NCBI GenBank assembly: GCA_009914755.4
Contig: CP086569.2
Span: 30,880,001 to 30,944,000 of the forward strand
Reading direction: 5' to 3'
Source of the DNA: the human T2T-CHM13v2.0 reference genome, Homo sapiens
DNA: 64,000 bases
Shown here piece after piece: positions 56,301 to 64,000 of the stretch. Every line of letters begins with the position of its first letter. Position 1 is the stretch's first letter. The notes beneath the pieces were generated by a model. The model worked only from the letters and a program-made list of their open reading frames with translations. It did not search any database and was not told the origin of the DNA. Both the position numbers and the translations under genes were made by a program.

Positions 56301-56883
56301 GGAAAGGAATCGAAACGAATGGAATGGAATCGAACTGAAGAGACTGGAATGGAATGCACTGGAATGGAAGGGAGTGTAATGGAAGGTTCTCGAAAAAAAT
56401 GGAATCGAATGGAATGGAATTGAATGGAACGGAATAGAGTCGAATGGAATTGAATGGAATGGAATGGACTAGAGTGAAATGGAATCGAACCACAAGGAAT
56501 GGACAGGAATAGAATGGTCTCGAATTGAATGGAATCGTATGGAATGGCATCAAACGGAATGGAATGGACAGCCACGGAATGGAATGCACTCGAATGCAAT
56601 GGAGTCGAAACTAATGGACTGGAATAGAATGGACTCGACTGGTACGGACTCCAATGGAATGGAATCGAATGGAAGGGAATCGAACGGAATGGACTCGAAG
56701 GGAAAAGACTGCAATGGAAAGGTCTCGAATGGAATGGAAATAAATGGAATGGAATGGAATCGAATGAAATGGAGTCAAAAGGAATGGAATCGAATGGCAA
56801 GAAATCGAATGTAATGGAATCGCAAGGAATTGATGTGAACGGAACGGAATGGAATGGAATCCAAAGGAATGGAATAGAATGGA
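53350..56883 (+). repeat. HOR unit 15 (3534 bp, variant B)
   Basis: Landmarks at 53350 and 56884. GGCC at 55726–55729. Matches unit 8 (offset 26880). Confidence 0.85.
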
Positions 56884-59800
56884 ATGGAATCGAATGGAAA
56901 GGACTCGAATGGAAATCACTCGAATAGAATGCAATTTAATAAAATAGGACCAAATGTAATGGAATGGAATGGAAAGGAATCGAAACGAAAGGAATGGAGA
57001 CAGATGGAATGGAATGGAACAGAGAGCAATGGTATAGAATGGAATGGAATCATCTGGAATGGAATTGAATGGAATGGAATAATATGAAATGGAATGGAAT
57101 GGAATGGAATGGAATGCCCTTGAATTAAATGGACTGGAATGGAATGGACTCGAACAGAGTGGAATGGAAAGTGTTGAGATAGAATGGAATGGACTCGTTA
57201 GGAATGGTCTAGTAGGCAATGCAATCGACTGGCAGGGAATCAAAAGGAATGTAATCGAATGGATTGGACAGGAATGCAATGGACTCGAATAGATTGCAAA
57301 CGGAATGCAAAGGAATGGAATGGAATAGTATGGAATGGAATGGAAAGGAATGGAGTAGAATAGACTAGAGTGGAATGGAATGGACTGGAAAGAAATGGAC
57401 TGGAATGGAACTTTCTTGAATGGACTGGAATCAAACGGAATGGAATGCAATGCAATCAAATGGCATGGAATAAAATAGAATGAAAGAGAATCAAATGGAA
57501 TTGAATCGAATGGAATCGAATGGATTGGAAAGGAATAGAATGGAATGGAATGGAATGGACTAGAATGGAATGGATTCGAATGGAAGGCAAAGGAATGGAA
57601 TCTATTGGAATGGACTGTAATGGAATGGAATGGAAGGGATTGGAATGGACTCGAATGGAATGGACTGCAATAGAAAGGATTCGAATGGAATGAAAAAGAA
57701 TTGAATGGAATAGAACAGAATGGAATCAAATCGAATGAAATGGAATGGAATAGAAAGGAATGGAATGAAATGGAATGGAAAGGATTCGAATGGAATGCAA
57801 TCGAATGGAATGGAATCGAACGGAATGGAATAAAATGGAAGAAAACTGGCAAGAAATGGAATCGAAATGAATGGAGTGTTATGGAACGGACTCAAAAGGA
57901 ATTGAATGTAATAGAATGGAGTGGAGTGGACTCGAATATAATGGACTGGAATGGAATGAAATCACATGGAATGGGAACGAATGGAATGGAATGGAAAGGA
58001 ATGGAATCGAATGGAAAGGAATCGAATGGAAGGGAATGAAATTGAATCAACAGGAATGGAAGGGAATAGAATAGACGGTAATGGAATGGACTCGAATAGA
58101 ATGGACACGAATGCTCAAATTGAATGGACTCGAATGGAATGGAAACGAAAGGAATGTCATCGAATGGAATTGAATCGATTGGAATGAAATCGCATAGAAT
58201 GGAGTGGAATCAAATGGAATTGAATCGAAAGCAAAGGAAGCGAATGGACTGAAATGAAATGGAATGGAATTGAATGGAAAGTAATGCAATGGAATAGAAT
58301 GGAACGAAATTTCACGGAATGGAATCAAACTGAATGGAATCAAATCAATGGAATCAAATCAAATGGAATGGAAAGGAATTGAATGGAGTAGATTGGATTG
58401 GATGGGATTGGAATGAAATGTACTGGAAAGGACTCGAATTTCATGAAACGGAATGGAATGAATTGGAACGGAATGGACTCGAATGGAATGGAATGTCATG
58501 GAATGGCATCAAATGGAATGGCATCAAATGGAATGGAATCGAATGCAATGGAATGCTATGGAATGGAATGGAATGCATTGGAATGGAATGTCCTCTAATG
58601 GAATGGATTCGAGTGGAATGGAATCGAATATAATGGAGTCGAATGAAATGGAATTGAAAGGAATGGGATCGAATACAATGGAATATACTGGAATGTAATG
58701 TAATGAACTCGAATGTAATTGACTGGAATGGAATGTACATGAATGGAATGTAATCGAATGGAAAGTAATCCAATGGAATAGAATCTAATGCAATAAAATC
58801 GACTCAGATAGAGTAGAATGTAATGGAATGGAGTGCAGTGCAATGGAATGGAATGGAATGGAATGCAATTGAATGGAATGGAATGGAATGGAATGGAATG
58901 GAATGGAATGGAATGGAATGGGATGGAATGGTATGGAATGGATAGTAATGGACTGGAGTGAAATGGACTGGAAAGGAATGGACTCAAATTGAAAGGGCTC
59001 GAAAGGAATGGAGTCAAATGGAATGGTCTGGAATGGAATGAACACGAATGTAATGCAATCCAATAGAATGGAATCGAATGGCATGGAATATAAAGAAATG
59101 GAATCGGAGAGAATGGAAACAAATGGAATGGAATTGAATGGAATGGGAACGAATGGAGTGAAATTGTATGCAGTAGAAGGGAATAGAATGGAATGCAAGC
59201 GAAAGGAAAGGAATGGATTGGAATGGAATGGAATTCATTGGAATGGAAGGGAATGTAGTGTAATGGACAGGCCTGGAATAAAGTGGAATGCTACGGTCTC
59301 GAATGGAATAAAAATGTATGGAATGGAATGCAATGAAACGGAATCGAATGTCATAGAATGTAATGGAATGCAAAAAAATGGAATCCAAAATCATTGACTG
59401 GAAAGGCTGGGTGTCGAAAGGAATTGACTCCAATGGAATGGAATCGAATGGAATGGAAGTGAATAGAATCGAACTAAATCGAATGGAATTTAATTGATAG
59501 GAACGGAATGGAAAGGAATGCAATGATTTGGCATGGAATGGAATCGAATGACATCGAATGGAATGGAATGGAATGCAATGGAATGGAACGTATTAGAATG
59601 TAATGAACTTTAATGGAATGTACTTGAATGGATTCGACTGGAATGGAATGTTCTGGAAGTGAATGGACTCCAATGGAATGGATTCAAAAGGAATGGAATC
59701 GTACGGAATGGAATCTAATGGAATGGAATTAAATGGAAATGAATCAAATTGAATAGCACGGAATTGAATTGAATGGAATGGAATGCAATGGAATCTAATG

Positions 59801-60412
59801 AAACGGAAAGGAAAGGAATGGAATGGAATGGAATGGGCTGGAATGGAAAGGAATCGAAACGAATGGAATGGAATCGAACTGAAGAGACTGGAATGGAATG
59901 CACTGGAATGGAAGGGAGTGTAATGGAAGGTTCTCGAAAAAAATGAAATGGAATGGAATAGAATTGAATGGAACGGAATAGAGTCGAATGGAATTGAATG
60001 GAATGGAATGGACTAGAGTGAAATGGAATCGAACCACAAGGAATGGACAGGAATAGAATGGTCTCGAATTGAATGGAATCGTATGGAATGGCATCAAACG
60101 GAATGGAATGGACAGCCACTGAATGGAATGCACTCGAATGCAATGGAGTCGAAACTAATGGACTGGAATAGAATGGACTCGACTGGTACGGACTCCAATG
60201 GAATGGAATCGAACGGAATGGACTCGAAGGGAAAAGACTGCAATGGAAAGGTCTCGAATGGAATGGAAATTAATGGAATGGAATGGAATCGAATGAAATG
60301 GAGTCAAAAGGAATGGAATCGAATGGCAAGAAATCGAATGTAATGGAATCGCAAGGAATTGATGTGAACAGAACGGAATGGAATGGAATCCAAAGGAATG
60401 GAATAGAATGGA
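56884..60412 (+). repeat. HOR unit 16 (3529 bp, variant C)
   Basis: Landmarks at 56884 and 60413. GGCC at 59270–59273. Matches unit 9 (offset 26880). Confidence 0.85.
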
Positions 60413-63400
60413 ATGGAATCGAATGGAAAGGACTCGAATGGAAATCACTCGAATAGAATGCAATTTAATAAAATAGGATCAAATGTAATGGAATGGAATG
60501 GAAAGGAATTGAAACGAAAGGAATGGAGACAGATGGAATGGAATGGAACAGAGAGCAATGGTATAGAATGGAATGGAATCATCTGGAATGGAATTGAATG
60601 GAATGGAATAATATGAAATGGAATGGAATGGAATGGAATGGAATGCCCTTGAATTAAATGGACTGGAATGGAATGGACTCGAACAGAGTGGAATGGAAAG
60701 TGTTGAGATAGAATGGAATGGACTCCTTTGGAATGGTGTAGTATGCAATGCAATCGACTGGCAGGGAATCAAAAGGAATGTAATGGAATGGACTGGACTG
60801 GAATGCAATGGACTCGAATAGATTGGAAACGGAATGCAAAGGAATGGAATGGAATAGTATGGAATGGAATGGAAAGGAATGGAGTGGAATAGACTAGAGT
60901 GGAATGGAATGGACTGGAAAGCAATGGACTGGAATGGATCTTTCTTGAATGGACTGGAATCAAACGGAATGGAATGCAATGCAATCAAATGGCATGGAAT
61001 AAAATAGAATGAAAGAGAATCAAATGGAATTGAATCGAATGGAATCGAATGGATTGGAAAGGAATAGAATGGAATGGAATGGAATTGACTCAAATGGAAT
61101 GGACTAGAATGGAATGGATTCGAATGGAAGGCAAAGGAATGGAATCTATTGGAATGGACTGTAATGGAATGGAATGGAAGGGATTGGAATGGACTCGAAT
61201 GGAATGGACTGCAATAGAAAGGATTCGAATGGAATGAAAAAGAATTGAATGGAATAGAACAGAATGGAATCAAATCGAATGAAATGGAATGGAATAGAAA
61301 GGAATGGAATGAAATGGAATGGAAAGGATTCGAATGGAATGCAATCGAATGGAATGGAATCGAACGGAATGGAATAAAATGGAAGAAAACTGGCAAGAAA
61401 TGGAATCGAAATGAATGGAGTGTTATGGAATGGACTCAAAAGGAATTGAATGTAATAGATTGGAGTGGAGTGGACTCGAATATAATGGACTGGAATGGAA
61501 TGAAATCACATGGAATGGGAACGAATGGAATGGAATGGAAAGGAATGGAATCGAATGGAAAGGAATCGAATGGAAGGGAATGAAATTGAATCAACAGGAA
61601 TGGAAGGGAATAGAATAGACGGCAATGGAATGGACTCGAATAGAATGGACACGAATGCTCAAATTGAATGGACTCGAATGGAATGGAAACGAAAGGAATG
61701 TCATCGAATGGAATTGAATCGATTGGAATGAAATCGCATAGAATGGAGTGGAATCAAATGGAATTGAATCGAAAGGAAAGGAAGCGAATGGACTGAAATG
61801 AAATGGAATGGAATTGAATGGAAATTAATGCAATGGAATAGAATGGAACGAAATTTCACGGAATGGAATCAAACTGAATGGAATCAAATCAATGGAATCT
61901 AATCAAATGGAATGGAAAGGAATTGAATGGAGTAGATTGGATTGGATGGGATTGGAATGAAATGTACTGGAAAGGACTCGAATTTCATGAAACGGAATGG
62001 AATGAATTGGAACGGAATGGACTCGAATGGAATGGAATGTCATGAAATGGCATCAAATGGAATGGCATCAAATGGAATGGAATCGAATGCAATGGAATGG
62101 TATGGAATGGAATGGAATGCATTGGAATGGAATGTCCTCTAATGGAATGGATTCGAGTGGAATGGAATCGAATATAATGGAGTCGAATGAAATGGAATTG
62201 AAAGGAATGGGATCGAATACAATGGAATATACTGGAATGTAATGTAATGAACTCGAATGTAATTGACTGGAATGGAATGTACACGAATGGAATGTAATCG
62301 AATGGAAAGTAATCCAATGGAATAGAATCTAATGCAATAAAACCGACTCAGATAGAGTAGAATGTAATGGAATGGAGTGCAGTGCAATGGAATGGAATTG
62401 AATTGAATGCAATGGAATGGAATCGAATGGAATGGAATGGAATGGAATGGAATGGAATGGAATGGGATGGAATGGTATGGAATGGATAGTAATGGACTGG
62501 AGTGAAATGGACTGGAAAGGAATGGACTCAAATTGAAAGGGCTCGAAAGGAATGGAGTCAAATGGAATGGTCTGGAATGGAATGAACACGAATGTAATGC
62601 AATCCAATAGAATGGAATCGAATGGCATGAAATATAAAGAAATGGAATCGAAGAGAATGGAAACAAATGGAATGGAATTGAATGGAATGGAATTGAATGG
62701 AATGGGAACGAATGGAGTGAAATTGTATGCAGTAGAAGGGAATAGAATGGAATGCAAGCGAAAGGAAAGGAATGGATTGGAATGGAATGGAATTCATTGG
62801 AATGGAAGGGAATGTAGTGTAATGGACAGGCCTGGAATAAAGTGGAATGCTACGGTCTCGAATGGAATAAAAATGTATGGAATGGAATGCAATGAAACGG
62901 AATCGAATGTCATAGAATGTAATGGAATGCAAAAAAATGGAATCCAAAATCATTGACTGGAAAGGCTGGGTGTCGAAAGGAATTGACTCCAATGGAATGG
63001 AATCGAATGGAATGGAAGTGAATAGAATCGAACTAAATCGAATGGAATGGAATTGATAGGAACGGAATGGAAAGGAATGCAATGATTTGGCATGGAATGC
63101 AATCGAATGGCATCGAATGGAATGGAATGGAATGCAATGGAATGGAATGTATTAGAATGTAATGAACTTTAAAGGAATGTACTCGAATGGATTCGACTGG
63201 AATGGAATGTTCTGGAAGTGAATGGACTCCAATGGAATGGATTCAAAAGGAATGGAATCGTACGGAATGGAATCTAATGGAATGGAATTAAATGGAAATG
63301 AATCAAATTGAATAGCACGGAATTGAATTGAATGGAATGGAATGCAATGGAATCTAATGAAACGGAAAGGAAAGGAATGGAATGGAATGGAATGGACTGG

Positions 63401-63558
63401 AATGGAAAGGAATCGAAACGAATGGAATGGAATCGAACTGAAGAGACTGGAATGGAATGCACTGGAATGGAAGGGAGTGTAATGGAAGGTTCTCGAAAAA
63501 AATGGAATCGAATGGAATGGAATTGAATGGAACGGAATAGAGTCGAATGGAATTGAAT
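60413..63558 (+). repeat. HOR unit 17 (variant A), truncated at offset ~3140 by a deletion that removes the unit boundary
   Basis: Landmark at 60413. GGCC at 62829–62832. Collinear with unit 1 until 'ggaatagagtcgaatggaattgaatggaatggaat' (~63530–63566). It then continues as 'aatatgaaatggaatggaatggaatggaatgcccttgaattaaatgg', which is offset ~190 of a unit. Confidence 0.75.
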
Positions 63559-63570
63559 GGAATGGAATAA
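63545..63570. other. Junction of a ~0.6 kb deletion spanning a unit boundary (offset ~3140 joined to offset ~190 of the next unit)
   Basis: The breakpoint lies within the 20-mer 'ggaattgaatggaatggaat', which occurs at both parental positions (about 3178 and about 227 of unit 1). Confidence 0.65.
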
Positions 63571-64000
63571 TATGAAATGGAATGGAATGGAATGGAATGG
63601 AATGCCCTTGAATTAAATGGACTGGAATGGAATGGACTCGAACAGAGTGGAATGGAAAGTGTTGAGATAGAATGGAATGGACTCCTTTGGAATGGTGTAG
63701 TATGCAATGCAATCGACTGGCAGGGAATCAAAAGGAATGTAATGGAATGGACTGGACTGGAATGCAATGGACTCGAATAGATTGGAAACGGAATGCAAAG
63801 GAATGGAATGGAATAGTATGGAATGGAATGGAAAGGAATGGAGTGGAATAGACTAGAGTGGAATGGAATGGACTGGAAAGCAATGGACTGGAATGGATCT
63901 TTCTTGAATGGACTGGAATCAAACGGAATGGAATGCAATGCAATCAAATGGCATGGAATAAAATAGAATGAAAGAGAATCAAATGGAATTGAATCGAATG
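63559..64000 (+). repeat. HOR unit 18 (partial; starts at unit offset ~190 and runs to the window end)
   Basis: 63570–64000 is collinear with 246–690 of unit 1. The landmark motif that should precede it is absent. Confidence 0.7.

Larger units (their letters stand above)
1..64000 (+). repeat. Satellite III (HSat3) array: (GGAAT)n-derived tandem satellite in a ~3.56 kb higher-order repeat, about 18 units. The G-rich GGAAT strand is the given + strand.
   Basis: Seen directly: nearly every 5-mer is GGAAT or a one-mismatch derivative (ggaat, gcaat, cgaat, ggact…). C is very rare on the + strand. Long landmark strings recur every ~3.52–3.57 kb, for example 'atggaatcgaatggaaaggactcgaatggaaatcactcgaatagaatgcaatttaataaaataggatcaaatgtaatgg' at 56, 3614, 7137, 10696, 14230, 22911, 26470, 30004, 33553, 42673, 46242, 49801, 53350, 56884 and 60413. 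Established knowledge: HSat3 is (ATTCC)n-based, and DYZ1 on Yq12 is a ~3.4–3.56 kb HSat3 HOR defined by one HaeIII site. Confidence 0.9.

Noticed and set aside
1-64000. Regularly spaced repeats that could suggest a CRISPR array
   Set aside because: The repeat period is 5 bp nested in a 3.56 kb HOR. There are no unique spacers of 25–40 bp between direct repeats, no leader, and no cas-like coding sequence.
1-64000. Alpha-satellite (centromeric) or HSat2 identity
   Set aside because: There is no ~171 bp monomer periodicity and no AT-rich alphoid consensus. The array is pentamer-based. It has long pure GGAAT runs and a 3.56 kb HOR, which fit HSat3/DYZ1. HSat2 is more diverged and lacks such pure (ATTCC)n tracts.
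1-64000. Telomeric (TTAGGG)n, rDNA, tRNA or other RNA genes
   Set aside because: None of these motifs or structures is present. The sequence is homogeneous pentamer-derived satellite throughout.

Overview
The whole 64 kb window is tandem satellite DNA. It is built from the pentamer GGAAT (ATTCC on the reverse strand), i.e. human-type satellite III (HSat3), organised into about 18 head-to-tail copies of a ~3.56 kb higher-order repeat (HOR). Each unit carries one conserved GGCC (HaeIII) site. Unit lengths cluster at 3523–3569 bp, mostly in 5-bp steps. This ~3.56 kb, one-HaeIII-site structure matches the classical DYZ1 repeat of human Yq12 heterochromatin, so the most likely source is the human Y long-arm HSat3 array (possibly a related autosomal HSat3 array). 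I see no protein-coding gene, RNA gene, transposon insertion, CRISPR array or prokaryotic-style system anywhere. All ORFs in the six-frame track are artefacts of translating a stop-codon-free pentamer (GGAAT gives MEWNG…, ATTCC gives IPFHS…). The structure worth noting is internal to the array: (i) two composite units of about 5.56–5.57 kb, each made by the same homology-mediated junction, present as two copies 19,772 bp apart; (ii) one unit with a ~450 bp internal deletion; (iii) a terminal unit with a ~0.6 kb deletion spanning a unit boundary; (iv) a mosaic of multi-unit blocks that are more similar to distant blocks (offsets 19,772, 23,331 and 26,880 bp) than to their neighbours, indicating recent segmental amplification by unequal exchange; (v) a pure (GGAAT)n tract of variable length that accounts for most of the quantised unit-length variation. 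I did not find a previously undescribed biological system here and say so plainly.
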